Shown: positions 17,751 through 28,643, numbered from the stretch's first letter. The stretch: 64,000 nt of DNA from an uncultured Methylomirabilota bacterium (GCA_963705305.1 OY970067.1:1-64000), one strand, 5' to 3'. Program-made: numbers and translations. The notes: generated by a model from the sequence alone, not told the origin.

Positions 17751-19037
17751 CTATCGCTTGTCGTACGGCACGAGTGGGAAAATGGGTTTGGCCGTCTGCA
17801 ATTCTCCCGGCCAGATGATCTCGACGTTCCCGTTCTGGATCTGCAGGATAATGTTCCGACCGTTCTTGTTGTCGTGACACTCACCGGGTGGAGGGGCGCA
17901 CGGAGTGAATTGGATGGATGACCACGGCATTATCGTCTTGTCGCCTGGAATGTTGGTGCTTTCCAATGCTTCCCGGATCGCTTCCTTGTTCAAGGACTTC
18001 GCCCGGTTGATGGCGTCGGCAAGGACGAAGGGTGTCACGAAATCATTCGTCGCTGCCTCGCCCATGGACGTCCCGTGATTGCGCTCCATGTAGACCGCAT
18101 TGACTTCCTGGACGACTTTCTTCGGGAGCTTCGGGTTGAAGACCCCACGAAGCATCGCTCCATTTGCCACCCGTCCCACACTCTTGACGAACGTGGGGTC
18201 GTCGTAGCCAGACAGACCAAACCAGACTTTCGGAAGGAAGTTCTGATCGCGCATAGTCTTGGTCATGAGGATGGCGTCGGAGAGGTATCCGGCGTTGATG
18301 AAGATGTCCGGGTTCGCCGACTTCAGCTTCATGATCTCCGAGAGGACCGAGGCGGTTTCCTTGGGGTATGGGATCTCGGCAACGACCGGGAATCCCCTTT
18401 CCTTGGCAACAGCACTGAATTGCTGGAACGCGACCGACCCGTATTCCGAGTTCTCATAGGCAATGCCCACAGTCTTCAACCCACCATGGTAGTCCCGATT
18501 GAGGTCTTCGATGAGATGGAAGAAGCTGTTCGCGGTGATACCCAAGTGCGGATTCAGACGGAAGTACCACTTGAGCCCCCGACGTGTCAATTCTGTGGAG
18601 CTTCCTGAACCACTGACATACGGAGTTTGCAATCTCTCGGCGGCCTGGCTGCCGGTCTTGATGTCCGCGCTGCTCCATGCTCCCATGATCGCAACCACAC
18701 CATCGTTCTCGATCAGCCGCTCGACATCTGCACGGGCGACATTCGGGTCCCCCTGAGTATCGGCCCAAATGAGCTTGAGCTTGGCTCCCCCCAGCGCGGG
18801 GATTCCTCCGGGCTTCGCGAAGGGAAGATCCAGGTTGGGGTACTTACCGTTGATAATATCCACGGCCAACTCGATCCCGGTCCGATTCAATCGTCCAGTC
18901 TCGGCCAGTACGCCACTGAAAGGAGCGAGAACGCCTATCTTCACTTCATTCTCTGCGGCCGGTGCCGAGGAGGGCAGCAGAAGGATAGCAGAAAACAGGA
19001 TCCCCCCGATCAATCCGATCGCTTTTGAAGGTCTCAT
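17751..19037 (-). CDS. branched-chain amino acid ABC substrate-binding protein
   Basis: Signal peptide; VKIGVLAPFSG, ADTQGDP, YENSEYG. Confidence 0.9.
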   Translation of the reverse strand: MRPSKAIGLIGGILFSAILLLPSSAPAAENEVKIGVLAPFSGVLAETGRLNRTGIELAVDIINGKYPNLDLPFAKPGGIPALGGAKLKLIWADTQGDPNVARADVERLIENDGVVAIMGAWSSADIKTGSQAAERLQTPYVSGSGSSTELTRRGLKWYFRLNPHLGITANSFFHLIEDLNRDYHGGLKTVGIAYENSEYGSVAFQQFSAVAKERGFPVVAEIPYPKETASVLSEIMKLKSANPDIFINAGYLSDAILMTKTMRDQNFLPKVWFGLSGYDDPTFVKSVGRVANGAMLRGVFNPKLPKKVVQEVNAVYMERNHGTSMGEAATNDFVTPFVLADAINRAKSLNKEAIREALESTNIPGDKTIMPWSSIQFTPCAPPPGECHDNKNGRNIILQIQNGNVEIIWPGELQTAKPIFPLVPYDKR

Positions 19038-19200
19038 CGTCGCTCTCCCCCCTGACACATCAGGTTGTTAAGAACATCACGTGCTTCCATCTCACCTACG
19101 GTCTGCTCACCTCCTTTCCTCTTACCAGGGGCGATCACCGGCGTGACTCGTCTTGCCAATTGAGGCTCTGCCCTCAGGGGGCTATCGGATGAGGAGGCAC

Positions 19201-19938
19201 TCAGGATGCGGGTTGCTCCTTCGGCTTCGCCACCCCCCCCGTATATGCTTTGAGGATTGCGCCTGAACTTCGGGCCTCCTGAGCGGTGCCCTCGAAGACG
19301 ATCCGTCCCGTTTGGAGCACATACGCCCGATCGGCAATCTTCAGCACATGTTCTACCTTCTCTTCGACAACCAGGAGAGTGACGCCCATATCGCGTAGGC
19401 GCCCCAGAAAGTCGAATACGTCTTCCACCAGTTTTGGAGCAAGGCCAGCCGTAGGCTCGTCGAGCATTAGGAATCTGGGCTCAGCCATCAATGCCCGACC
19501 CATCGCCAGCATTTGCCGTTGCCCGCCACTCAAGGTCTCGGCCATCTGCTTGGATCGTTCACGCAGAATCGGGAAAAGGTCATAGATGCGCTGAATGCGT
19601 TCGGCGTAGTTCTTGGACGGGTCGGGACTCGCGAGAGAGCCCATCAACAGATTGTCGTTGACGGTGAATTTGGGGAATACTCGCGCATTGGAGGGAAGCA
19701 TCGAGAGGCCGAGGCGCACTATTTCATGCGTCCGCATTCCCGACAGATCCTTTCCCTCGAAGAGCACGCGCCCACTCCGTGGGGGCTCCAAACCACAGAT
19801 GGCCTTCTGCAGCGTCGTCTTCCCGGCCCCGTTGGTCCCGATCAACGCCACCACTTCACCCCGCTCCACACGTAGCGAGAGTGAATCGATGATTATCAAG
19901 TCCCCATAGCCCACCCGGAGCGATTCGACCCTAAGCAT
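19201..19938 (-). CDS. livF: ABC ATP-binding protein, LivF-like
   Basis: GTNGAGKTT, LSGGQRQM, LDEPTAGLAP. Confidence 0.9.
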   Translation of the reverse strand: MLRVESLRVGYGDLIIIDSLSLRVERGEVVALIGTNGAGKTTLQKAICGLEPPRSGRVLFEGKDLSGMRTHEIVRLGLSMLPSNARVFPKFTVNDNLLMGSLASPDPSKNYAERIQRIYDLFPILRERSKQMAETLSGGQRQMLAMGRALMAEPRFLMLDEPTAGLAPKLVEDVFDFLGRLRDMGVTLLVVEEKVEHVLKIADRAYVLQTGRIVFEGTAQEARSSGAILKAYTGGVAKPKEQPAS

Positions 19939-20656
19939 GGCGGTACCCCGGTCCGAGATACGCGGTAATCACCCGCTCATTGTTGGACACCTCCTCGGGC
20001 GCCCCAATGGCAATCACCTTTCCCTCCTCCAAGACGACGATCCTCTCAGCAATGTTCAGCATGGCATCCATGACGTGCTCGATGAGGAGAATCGTCATCC
20101 CCCCCTGCTGGATCCGGCGGATCAAGTCGAGAATCTCCGCGATCTCCTCCGGGAGCAATCCCGCCATGGTTTCATCGAGCAACAAGACCCTTGGACCAGT
20201 CGCGAGAGCCATGGCAAGCGACAGTTTCCGGCGTTCGGGAGGAGACAGCCCCTTGCTGGGCGCGGCAGCTTGGGAGGATAGACCCACGAGCTCCAAGGAG
20301 GCCATCGCCATTTCCTTTGCCGGGCCGAGCCGCTTGTCGCGCTTAAACGCCCCGACCATGGCATTCTCCAGCACAGTCATCCGTGTGAAGATCTCGGCAA
20401 TCTGGAACGTCCTCGCCAAACCCAGCCGGCATATTCGATGAGCAGGGTATCCGGCAATGTCATGGCCATCCAGCAGCACGCGTCCGGCTGAGGGAAGGTA
20501 GAAACCGGATACACAATTGAACAGCGTGGTCTTCCCCGAGCCATTCGGTCCAATGATCCCCATGATCATCCCTGCATCGACTGTAAAACTGATCCGATCG
20601 TTCGCGACCAATCCCCCAAACGATTTGGTCAATTGGTCGACTTCAAGGAGCGCCAT
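19931..20656 (-). CDS. livG: ABC ATP-binding protein, LivG-like
   Basis: GPNGSGKTT, ARTFQ, IEHVM, VITAYLG. Confidence 0.9.
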   Translation of the reverse strand: MALLEVDQLTKSFGGLVANDRISFTVDAGMIMGIIGPNGSGKTTLFNCVSGFYLPSAGRVLLDGHDIAGYPAHRICRLGLARTFQIAEIFTRMTVLENAMVGAFKRDKRLGPAKEMAMASLELVGLSSQAAAPSKGLSPPERRKLSLAMALATGPRVLLLDETMAGLLPEEIAEILDLIRRIQQGGMTILLIEHVMDAMLNIAERIVVLEEGKVIAIGAPEEVSNNERVITAYLGPGYRHA

Positions 20657-21644
20657 AGGCCGCCACCCCTTTCTTCGATTTCCTCCGCGAGAACAATCGG
20701 TTTACGGCCGGCGCCAGCAGTTTGATCACGCCGTCCGGCTGGAGAAGGCACAGAATGACCACTAACAATCCAACCAACATATGATCAAGGCCGAGGCCAA
20801 CCCCTCCCAGCCACACTCGGGCGAGTTCCATTGCCGGCACCAGAATCGCCGCCCCTAATACTGGTCCCCAGAGCGTTCCGCTTCCGCCAAATACCGCAAT
20901 GAGAACGATCAGGATCGAAAGGTCCAGGGACATGACACTCTCCGGATCGATGTACAACACGTACTGTGCGTACAGGCAACCTACCATTCCGGTAAAGAAC
21001 GCGCTGACCGCGATCGCGAGAAGGCGGTAAAGCATATTGTTGGCGCCCAAACTGGTCGCCACATCAGGAGCCTCGCGCAGGGCCCGCAGGTAGAAGCCGA
21101 TATAGGAACGGGTCAGGAGCCAACTGGTGAGGATAGTCACTACCAACAGGCCCAGCATGATGAAATAGTAGTTAGGTTTGTTCTGATTGAACTGCAAATT
21201 GAACCAGGGATTCGTCGTCATCACTGGCAGGGACAAGCCTCGCGCACCATTCACAAAAGTCCAGTTTGTGAAAAAGGTCTGCACGACTACAAGCAAAGCC
21301 AGGGTGGCGATCGCGAAATAGTGCCCGCGGAGCTTTGAGGTCGGAAAGCCCACAACCAAACCGATGAGACTGGCTGCGAGTCCGGCCGCCAGCATGCCGA
21401 CCCACGGGGTGATCCCCAGCCGCACATAGAGCATGGTCGACGTATACGCTCCTACCCCGAAGAAGGCAGCTTGGCCAAATGAGAAGAGATACGCGTGCCC
21501 CCCGAGGATGTCCCAGGCCAGGCTGAGCGTGGCATACATAAAGGTCATGATAATAATGTACTGAGCAAACGACCCTGTCAGAAAGAAGGGGTAGAGCAAC
21601 AACCCAACGAGAATTCCCCCCACAAGGATTTTTCTCCAGTCCAT
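20643..21644 (-). CDS. livM: branched-chain ABC permease, LivM-like
   Basis: SFGQAAFFGVGAY, GHYFAIATL, GGSGTLWGP. Confidence 0.9.
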   Translation of the reverse strand: MDWRKILVGGILVGLLLYPFFLTGSFAQYIIIMTFMYATLSLAWDILGGHAYLFSFGQAAFFGVGAYTSTMLYVRLGITPWVGMLAAGLAASLIGLVVGFPTSKLRGHYFAIATLALLVVVQTFFTNWTFVNGARGLSLPVMTTNPWFNLQFNQNKPNYYFIMLGLLVVTILTSWLLTRSYIGFYLRALREAPDVATSLGANNMLYRLLAIAVSAFFTGMVGCLYAQYVLYIDPESVMSLDLSILIVLIAVFGGSGTLWGPVLGAAILVPAMELARVWLGGVGLGLDHMLVGLLVVILCLLQPDGVIKLLAPAVNRLFSRRKSKKGVAAYGAP

Positions 21645-21658
21645 GGTCTCGTTACCCC

Positions 21659-22525
21659 TTACCACCCCAAAAGCCCCTTCTTGGGGCGCCATATGAGTAC
21701 CAGCAGATAGACAATGAAGATCGCCATGTACTTGTACTCTGGGCCAACATAGAGCCCCGTAAAGACTTCCGTCCCCCCGACGATCAACGCCGCGAGAAGG
21801 GTTCCGGCCAAAGTCCCAAACCCTCCGAGGGCCACAACCGCGAAGGCGATAAGACCATACAGGAAGCCCACCCGAGGCGACACGTACGACACCATGATCA
21901 GCCCCGAGCCGGCAACCCCGAGGACTCCAATTCCAAGGCTGAAGGCCATCAGTTCCACTTTCTTCGTGTTCACACCCACCAACTGCGCCATCTCTCTGTC
22001 CATGGCCACGGCCAAGATGGTCTTGCCAGTCGTGGTGCGGTGGATGAAATAGAACAGCGCTAAACAGGTGAGTGCACTCACCGCCGCCATCGCGAGCAGC
22101 GTTTTGGACACATAAACCTCCCCCAGATGGATGGAGCCCGAGAGCCCAGGGACCTCGTCGATCGACTGGAAGTTGGGGGACCAAAGAAACTGCGCAAAGT
22201 TCTCGAGGAGAACGCTGAGGCCAAACGTAACGACGATCTGGGAGAGTAGGACATTACTCTTGAGCACTCGCTTAATAATGATGAGGTACGTAAGAGCGCC
22301 GAAGACCGCCATGGTCGTAACATTGAAGGGAATGGACAGCAGGGGGTGGATGCCCAAAAGGCGAAAAGCGAAGAACGCAAAGTACATGGCCACCATCAAG
22401 TAGTCGCCATGCGCGAAATTCACGATCTCCATCACGCCCCAGATGATCGCCAATCCGATCGCCACAATGGCATAGAGCAACCCGAGTGCGACCCCATTGA
22501 CAAGCGCATCCAGGAACAGTTCCAT
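21659..22525 (-). CDS. livH: branched-chain ABC permease, LivH-like
   Basis: IVNFAHGD, ALGGFG, RPKKGLLG. Confidence 0.9.
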   Translation of the reverse strand: MELFLDALVNGVALGLLYAIVAIGLAIIWGVMEIVNFAHGDYLMVAMYFAFFAFRLLGIHPLLSIPFNVTTMAVFGALTYLIIIKRVLKSNVLLSQIVVTFGLSVLLENFAQFLWSPNFQSIDEVPGLSGSIHLGEVYVSKTLLAMAAVSALTCLALFYFIHRTTTGKTILAVAMDREMAQLVGVNTKKVELMAFSLGIGVLGVAGSGLIMVSYVSPRVGFLYGLIAFAVVALGGFGTLAGTLLAALIVGGTEVFTGLYVGPEYKYMAIFIVYLLVLIWRPKKGLLGW

Positions 22526-22742
22526 CAATCTCCCTCCCAAGGATCATCTGCCGAACCCTCTGCCCGTCCGCAAGAATACGTAGATCGTGTTGCCAACTGA
22601 GTCTCCCTTCGTGCCCGTCTCTGCTCGGACGGTCCCTGCGCCTCGCAAGCATATCCACGACCGGCACCGCAAACTGGGCGAACCGCATTCACCGTCCTCG
22701 GTCTCCGATATGGGCGGCGGCCCCCACTGGAGGTCACCCCCC

Positions 22743-23879
22743 TTATCGCAGCAGATGGCGCGCGATAACAATTCGCTGGATCTGACTCGTCCCCTCCCAG
22801 ATCTGATACAACTTCGCATCCCGGTAGATGCGCTCGATGGGAAACTCGATGGAGTAGCCGTATGCTCCGTGGATCTGAAGGGCGTCCGAGACCACCCGCA
22901 CGAGGACCTCGGATGCGAAGAGCTTCGCCTCCGCTGCCTCACGGCTGAACGGCCGGCCCTGATCCCGGAGGAAGGCGGCCTTGCGGAGCAGCATTCTCGC
23001 CGCCTCGATCTGCATCGACATGTCGGCAATCATGAACTGGATCGCCTGGAAGTTGGCGATTGGTTGGCCGAAGGCCGCCCGTTCCTTGGCGTACCGGATC
23101 GCCTCATCCAGTGCTGCCTGGGCCAGGCCCAGGGCCTGGGACCCGATGCCGATCCGCCCGCTGTCCAGGGAGACCATGGCCAATTTGAACCCCTCCCCCT
23201 CCGACCCAAGCCTATTCTCTTCCGGGATCCAGCACTGCTCGAAGACGAGTTCGCCCGTGGCCAATCCCCGAACGCCCATGAGGTGGTCCTTGGCACCACG
23301 AGCAAATCCCCGGGTTCCCTCCTCAACGATGAAAAGGGAGATCCCTCGATTGCCCTTAGTGCGATCCACGGTGGCAACCACGATGGCCATATGGCAGACG
23401 CCGGCCCCGGTGATGAAGCGCTTGGTCCCGTTCAAAACGTACCCTCCCCGCTCGCGGCGGGCGGTAGTTTGGACGCTGGCAACGTCGGAGCCGGCGCCCG
23501 GCTCCGTCTGCGCGATGGCACAGATCTTTTCCCCTAGAGCCAGGGGAGGGAGATACTTCCTCCGCTGAGCCTCTGTCCCGTTCCGAAGGATCATGTCGCC
23601 CATCAGCTTGCTCAAGAGCTGCGCGTCCGCCACCGCGGCGGAGGCTCGGGCTAACTCCTCCTCCACCAGCGACCAGCTCACGGAATCCGCTCCCGACCCG
23701 CCATATTCCTCAGGCAGGGTCATCCCGAGAAGTCCCAATTCCCCCATCCGAGTAAATAGTTTCCAGGGAAATTCGTCCGTCCGGTCGATCTCGGCAGCCA
23801 GCGGCTTCACGTCTTTCTCCGCGAACTCGCGGGCCAGGTCCCGGATCATCCGTTGCGCATCGGTGAGATCGAAATCCAT
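22743..23879 (-). CDS. acyl-CoA dehydrogenase
   Basis: TEPGAGSD, NGTKRFIT, QIHGAYGY, IWEGTSQIQR. Confidence 0.95.
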   Translation of the reverse strand: MDFDLTDAQRMIRDLAREFAEKDVKPLAAEIDRTDEFPWKLFTRMGELGLLGMTLPEEYGGSGADSVSWSLVEEELARASAAVADAQLLSKLMGDMILRNGTEAQRRKYLPPLALGEKICAIAQTEPGAGSDVASVQTTARRERGGYVLNGTKRFITGAGVCHMAIVVATVDRTKGNRGISLFIVEEGTRGFARGAKDHLMGVRGLATGELVFEQCWIPEENRLGSEGEGFKLAMVSLDSGRIGIGSQALGLAQAALDEAIRYAKERAAFGQPIANFQAIQFMIADMSMQIEAARMLLRKAAFLRDQGRPFSREAAEAKLFASEVLVRVVSDALQIHGAYGYSIEFPIERIYRDAKLYQIWEGTSQIQRIVIARHLLR

Positions 23880-23984
23880 CGCTTGCCTCCTCGACGACGC
23901 CCGAGGCCCCTTCGGGTGTCCGCCCGTGGGCGCCTCCCACGGTATGGCCAGCGCTCCGGCCACCAGGTATCTGCCCCACGGCCT

Positions 23985-24387
23985 TCAGGCGACCTTCAGG
24001 CTCAGCGTCCCCTTCACCACCGTCTCGTCGCGCGGGTTGCTACAGCGCGGGTCGAGAACAGCCTCGTGTCTTTCGGGATCTTCGCCCGCCACCCCAATCT
24101 CGGCCAGGACGGTGTCCCCGAACCGGATAGGGGTAGTCAAGGTAACGTCAACCGGTACGAGACGGCGCCGCGGATGGACCCGGGCAGCCATCTGGCTCAT
24201 CACGGTAAAAACGAAGCCAGCCGCCATGGCGCCGTGGGCGATGCGCCCGCGGAAGCGCGTTGCCTTAGCAAACTCCTCGTCCACATGGATCCCGCACGTA
24301 TCCTCCGTGATGCCGGCAAGGGCGTACACGCCCGCTTTCCTCACCCTCTTGCGGAAGCAAGCCGTGTCGCCGATCGTCAGGGTCCAT
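23985..24387 (-). pseudogene. MaoC-like dehydratase with its ATG out of frame by 1 nt
   Basis: AGITEDTCGIHVDEEFAKATRFRGRIAHG motif; GGAGG-preceded ATG at 24387 is out of frame with the body. Confidence 0.7.
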
Positions 24388-24468
24388 GGCCTGCTTCCTC
24401 CTGGGATCGCCAAAAGCGCGCTCCCCACTTTCCACCGCGGCCTGAGGCGCGTTTCGGGTCCAGCTGAC

Positions 24469-25308
24469 CTAGCTTGCAACCCGCCGAGGATCCGCGGGGC
24501 CCCCAAGGGCCTTGGAAACCTGAGCTGCGGCCTCCATTAGCATAGACCGCACCTCGGCTGACCGCTCGTCGCCGAGGGTCATGGCCGGAGCCGAGATACT
24601 CATGGCGGCGATGGCATGGCCAGTGAAGTCCAGGACGGGGGCTGCCAGACAGCGCAGGCCAAGAATCAGCTCCTCGCGGTCCACGGCCACGCCGGTGCGC
24701 CTGACCTCGTCCAGTTGCTCCAACAGGTGGCGCGGATCTATGATCGTGTTGGACGTAAATTGCCGGAACCGCTTCTTCCGACCGAAGAGCCGGCGGACCT
24801 CGGCGGCGGGCCGGAAAGCCAGCATCGCCTTGCCGAGGGCCGTGCAGTAGGCGGGGAGGCAACGTCCCACTTCAACGGTCAGCCGGAGAGGATCGGGGGA
24901 TTCCCGCTTGGCCACATACAGGATTTCGTCCCCGTCCAGAACCGCCAAATTCACCGTCTGCCGCGATCGCACCGCCAGCCGGTCCAGAGCGGAGGCCGCC
25001 GCGCGCCCCAAGGCGCTGCGGGCCGTGACGGCTGTGCCCAGCTCCAGCATCCGGATTCCCAGCGAGTAGCGCAAGGAGAGCGGATCCCGGCGGACGAAGC
25101 CCCGCGCCTCCAGGGTGCCCAGGAGGCGATGCAGCGTGCTCTTCTCAATCGCGAGTTGTCGGCTCAGCTCTACCAACCCGAAATCTCCGGACTCCCCTCC
25201 GAGAGTCTCCAGGATGCGGAGGGCTTTATCCACCGCCCTGACGGCGTAGGGAAAGGCCAGATGCCCGGTAGGAGTTTGGTTGCGCAATGCGGGAACATGT
25301 TGTGTCAT
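24469..25308 (-). CDS. IclR family transcriptional regulator
   Basis: AVDKALRILE, KSTLHRLL, YCTALGKAML; TTGACA at 25346-25341 favours the start at 25308. Confidence 0.92.
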   Translation of the reverse strand: MTQHVPALRNQTPTGHLAFPYAVRAVDKALRILETLGGESGDFGLVELSRQLAIEKSTLHRLLGTLEARGFVRRDPLSLRYSLGIRMLELGTAVTARSALGRAAASALDRLAVRSRQTVNLAVLDGDEILYVAKRESPDPLRLTVEVGRCLPAYCTALGKAMLAFRPAAEVRRLFGRKKRFRQFTSNTIIDPRHLLEQLDEVRRTGVAVDREELILGLRCLAAPVLDFTGHAIAAMSISAPAMTLGDERSAEVRSMLMEAAAQVSKALGGPADPRRVAS

Positions 25309-25520
25309 ACGGGCCATATATACTTTTTGCCTGGGGAGGATGTCAAGGGAAAATGCGGTAGTTGCACCGTCTGCCCGCCCTCCACGTGGTGCAAACCGAC
25401 GGTTGCTGTACGGAAGCTGGTCCACGGGACTTGATCCAGGCGGGGTGTCCGAGATAGGATGCGCAGGTCGTCGGGCATTTTTGCAGGCACCATACAGACC
25501 CCGTATCTGGAGGGACCAGA

Positions 25521-26306
25521 ATGGGCACCCAGTCAGCCCGTCAGTATGTCCGCTGGAGCTGCGAGGGCGGCCTGGCCACCCTCGTCCTGGAGCGGCCCCC
25601 CGTCAACGCCATTTCCTACCAGACGCGCGAGGAGATCGCCGCCTGCCTGGAGGAGATCGCCGCCGACCCGGCCGTTCGCTGCCTTGTCCTGTTCGGCGCT
25701 GGAGGCAAGGCCTTCTCCGTCGGATCGGACATCAAGGAGTTTCCCGAGGTCGCGGCGCGCCGGCTGGGACGGCTGCGGGCGGTCCAGGAGCACACGCTGC
25801 ACAACCGGGTGGACCTCTTTCCCGTCCCCACCATCGCCGCCATCGAAGGCTTCTGCCTGGGCGGCGGCCTGGAGCTGGCGCTGGCCTGCGATCTGCGCGT
25901 GGCCAGCCAGACCTCGCGCCTCGGCCTGCCCGAGGTGAAGCTGGGCGTCTTCCCGGCCGGGGGCGGCACCGAGCGGCTTCCTCGCCTCATCGGGGAGGCG
26001 CGCGCGCGGGAGCTGATCTACACCGGCGAGCCGGTGGACGCGCAGGAGGCCTGGCGGATCGGCCTGATCAACCGCGTGGTCCCGGCGGGGCAGGCGCTGG
26101 CCGCCGCCCAGGCGCTGGGCCGGATGATCGCAGAGCGCTCCGAAACGACGCTCCGAACGGTCAAGAGCGTCCTGGATCGGGGAATGGCCATGGACCTCCT
26201 GGAGGCGCAGCAGATCGCCATCAACGCCATCAGCGAGCTGTTCCAGTCCGAGGCGGTCCGGGAGGGCGTGGCGGCGTTCCTGGAAAAGCGCCCGCCCCGC
26301 TTTTGA
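25521..26306 (+). CDS. enoyl-CoA hydratase/isomerase
   Basis: FSVGSDI, GGGLELALACD, PEVKLG. Confidence 0.93.
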   Translation: MGTQSARQYVRWSCEGGLATLVLERPPVNAISYQTREEIAACLEEIAADPAVRCLVLFGAGGKAFSVGSDIKEFPEVAARRLGRLRAVQEHTLHNRVDLFPVPTIAAIEGFCLGGGLELALACDLRVASQTSRLGLPEVKLGVFPAGGGTERLPRLIGEARARELIYTGEPVDAQEAWRIGLINRVVPAGQALAAAQALGRMIAERSETTLRTVKSVLDRGMAMDLLEAQQIAINAISELFQSEAVREGVAAFLEKRPPRF

Positions 26307-26317
26307 GGACCGCACCC

Positions 26318-27178
26318 ATGCGAGTCCCGTGGATGCCCGATCCGATCGTGGACGTCCACGTCTCCGATCCGCCCCTCCCGGCGCGAATGGCCTCGCCGAG
26401 CGGGGAGGCCGCGGCCGGCCGGCCGCCCCTGGCCGAACGGATGGCAGGGCTGGTGGCGGACATGGACCGTGCCGGCGTCGCCAGCAGCCTGGTCGTCCTG
26501 GCCGGGGAGGCGGAAGAATTCATACAGGTGGCCCCGCGCCATGCGGGGCGCCTGTTCGGACAGCTCGTCTTCGACTCGACCCGGCCGCAGGAAGGGCTGG
26601 AGCGCATTCGACGGCTCCGCGGGCAGGCTCCGGACCTGTTCCGGGGCGTGGTCACCGCCTTCCCCGTCTTCGGTCAGGATCCGCGCCAGCGGGAATTCGG
26701 CCCCCTGTACGAATTTTGCGCCCACGACGGGTTGCCGATCCAGTTCCTCACCGAGGCCGGCCCCGGGCGGGAGCCCTGCCCCCCGCTGGCCCTCGGCGTG
26801 CTGGCGCAGATCTACCCGCACCTCAAGGTGGTCGGACTTCTGATCGATGGAGGCTGGAGCGCCGAACTGCCCCGACTGCTCCGCCGGCTTCCGAACCTGT
26901 TCATGGCAGTGACCTGTTCGCCGCCGCGGCCGATGCCGACCGGCGGGTCGGCGGCATTCCTCGGTCTTCTCCGGGCCGCCGGGATTCAACGCCTCATGTT
27001 CGCCAGTTATCGCGCCTGGCGAGATGCCGCCTACTCTCCGCGCGTGGAAGCCGCCCGGCAGCTGCCGTGGCGTCAGCGACGGAATCTTCTGTGGCGGACG
27101 GCCCTGCAGGTTTACGGTCCCCGGCTGTTGGCCCGCGGACCGATCGAAGACAATCGAACCCACTCCTTCGCGAGGTGA
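26318..27178 (+). CDS. amidohydrolase-2-like protein with degenerate active site
   Basis: IVDVHV, DMDRAGV, PLYEFCAHDGLPI, YPHLKVV, LPNLFM, RLMFAS. Confidence 0.65.
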   Translation: MRVPWMPDPIVDVHVSDPPLPARMASPSGEAAAGRPPLAERMAGLVADMDRAGVASSLVVLAGEAEEFIQVAPRHAGRLFGQLVFDSTRPQEGLERIRRLRGQAPDLFRGVVTAFPVFGQDPRQREFGPLYEFCAHDGLPIQFLTEAGPGREPCPPLALGVLAQIYPHLKVVGLLIDGGWSAELPRLLRRLPNLFMAVTCSPPRPMPTGGSAAFLGLLRAAGIQRLMFASYRAWRDAAYSPRVEAARQLPWRQRRNLLWRTALQVYGPRLLARGPIEDNRTHSFAR

Positions 27179-27182
27179 CGTG

Positions 27183-28643
27183 ATGCGGATCCTGCTGGTG
27201 TCCTCCGAGGTTGCCCCCTTTGCCAAGACCGGCGGGCTGGCTGACGTGGCCGGCGCCCTGCCCAAGGCCCTGCACTCCCTGGGGCACGACGTCCGGGTGG
27301 TCCTGCCCAAGTACCGGATGGTGGACGTGGCCAAGCACGGCCTGCGCGACACCGCCGCCGCCTTTTCCGTTCCCGTTACGGGGCGGACCGAGACGGCGGG
27401 CCTGTGGGAGGGCGGCATCGGGCCCGTCCCCGCATACTTCATCCGCCACGACGCCTACTTCGATCGGGAAGGGCTCTACCAGATCGACGGCAAGGACCAT
27501 CCCGACAATGCCGAGCGGTTCGCCTTCTTCAGCCGCGCCGTCCTCGAGCTGACCCGGTTCGTGGATTTCCAGCCGGCCGTGTTTCACTGCAATGATTGGC
27601 AGACCGGCCTGATCCCCACCTACATGCGCACCGGCTTGCAGGAGGTCCCCGAGCTCCGGCGGGCGGGCGTGCTCTTCACAGTGCACAATTTGGGCTATCA
27701 AGGCCTCTTCGAGCGGGAGGCCCTGGCCACCGCCCAGCTGCGCGAGGACATCTTCAATCCCTTTGGCATCGAGTTCTACGGCAAGGTGAATTTCCTCAAG
27801 GCGGGGCTGGTCTTCAGCGACCTGATCAACACGGTCAGCAAGAAGTACAGCCAGGAGATCCAGACGGAGGAGTTCGGGTGTGGCCTGGAGGGCGTCCTGC
27901 ACGCCCGCGCCAAGGATCTGTACGGCATTCTCAACGGCATGGATTATGACGAGTGGCACCCCGCCAGGGATGGTCACATCGCGGCCAGGTTCTCCCGGGA
28001 GGATCCGGCCGGAAAGGCGGTGTGCAAGGCCGATCTGCAGCGGGCGCTGGGGCTGCCGGAGCGGCCGGATGTGCCGGTCCTGGCCGTGATCTCGCGGCTG
28101 GCCGAGCAGAAGGGCATCGACCTGATCGCCGAGACTCTGGATGCCATCCTGGAGCTCGACGCTCAGTTCGTCCTGCTGGGCACCGGCGAGCCGGCCCTGC
28201 ACGAGGCCTTCCAGAGGGCCAAGGAGCGCCATCCCCAGCGCGTGGGTCTGAAGCTGGGATTCGACGTGGCCCTGTCCCACAAGATCGAAGCCGGGGCCGA
28301 CATGTTCCTCATGCCGTCCCGCTACGAGCCCTGCGGGCTGAACCAGATGTACAGCCTGGCCTACGGAACCATCCCGGTTGTCCGCGCCACCGGAGGTCTG
28401 GACGATACGATCCAGCCTTTCGACCCCGAGACCGGCAAGGGGAACGGGTTCAAGCTTGCCCAGGCCACAGCGGCGGCCCTGCTGGCGACCGTGCGCCGGG
28501 CGGTGGCGCTCTACCGAAGCCCCGACCAGTGGCGGCGGCTGATCCGGAACGCCATGGCCTGCGACTTTTCCTGGGAGCGCTCGGCCAAGGAGTACGAGGC
28601 CCTGTACCGGCAGGCCGCGGAGCGGCGCGGGGGCGGGGGCTGA
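27183..28643 (+). CDS. glgA: glycogen synthase
   Basis: KTGGLADV, HCNDWQTG, SRLAEQKG, EPCGLNQ. Confidence 0.97.
   Translation: MRILLVSSEVAPFAKTGGLADVAGALPKALHSLGHDVRVVLPKYRMVDVAKHGLRDTAAAFSVPVTGRTETAGLWEGGIGPVPAYFIRHDAYFDREGLYQIDGKDHPDNAERFAFFSRAVLELTRFVDFQPAVFHCNDWQTGLIPTYMRTGLQEVPELRRAGVLFTVHNLGYQGLFEREALATAQLREDIFNPFGIEFYGKVNFLKAGLVFSDLINTVSKKYSQEIQTEEFGCGLEGVLHARAKDLYGILNGMDYDEWHPARDGHIAARFSREDPAGKAVCKADLQRALGLPERPDVPVLAVISRLAEQKGIDLIAETLDAILELDAQFVLLGTGEPALHEAFQRAKERHPQRVGLKLGFDVALSHKIEAGADMFLMPSRYEPCGLNQMYSLAYGTIPVVRATGGLDDTIQPFDPETGKGNGFKLAQATAAALLATVRRAVALYRSPDQWRRLIRNAMACDFSWERSAKEYEALYRQAAERRGGGG

Noticed and set aside
25280..27178. 632-aa ORF suggesting a hydratase-amidohydrolase fusion
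   Set aside because: The hydratase is in another frame with its own stop at 26306; the upstream extension is not protein-like.
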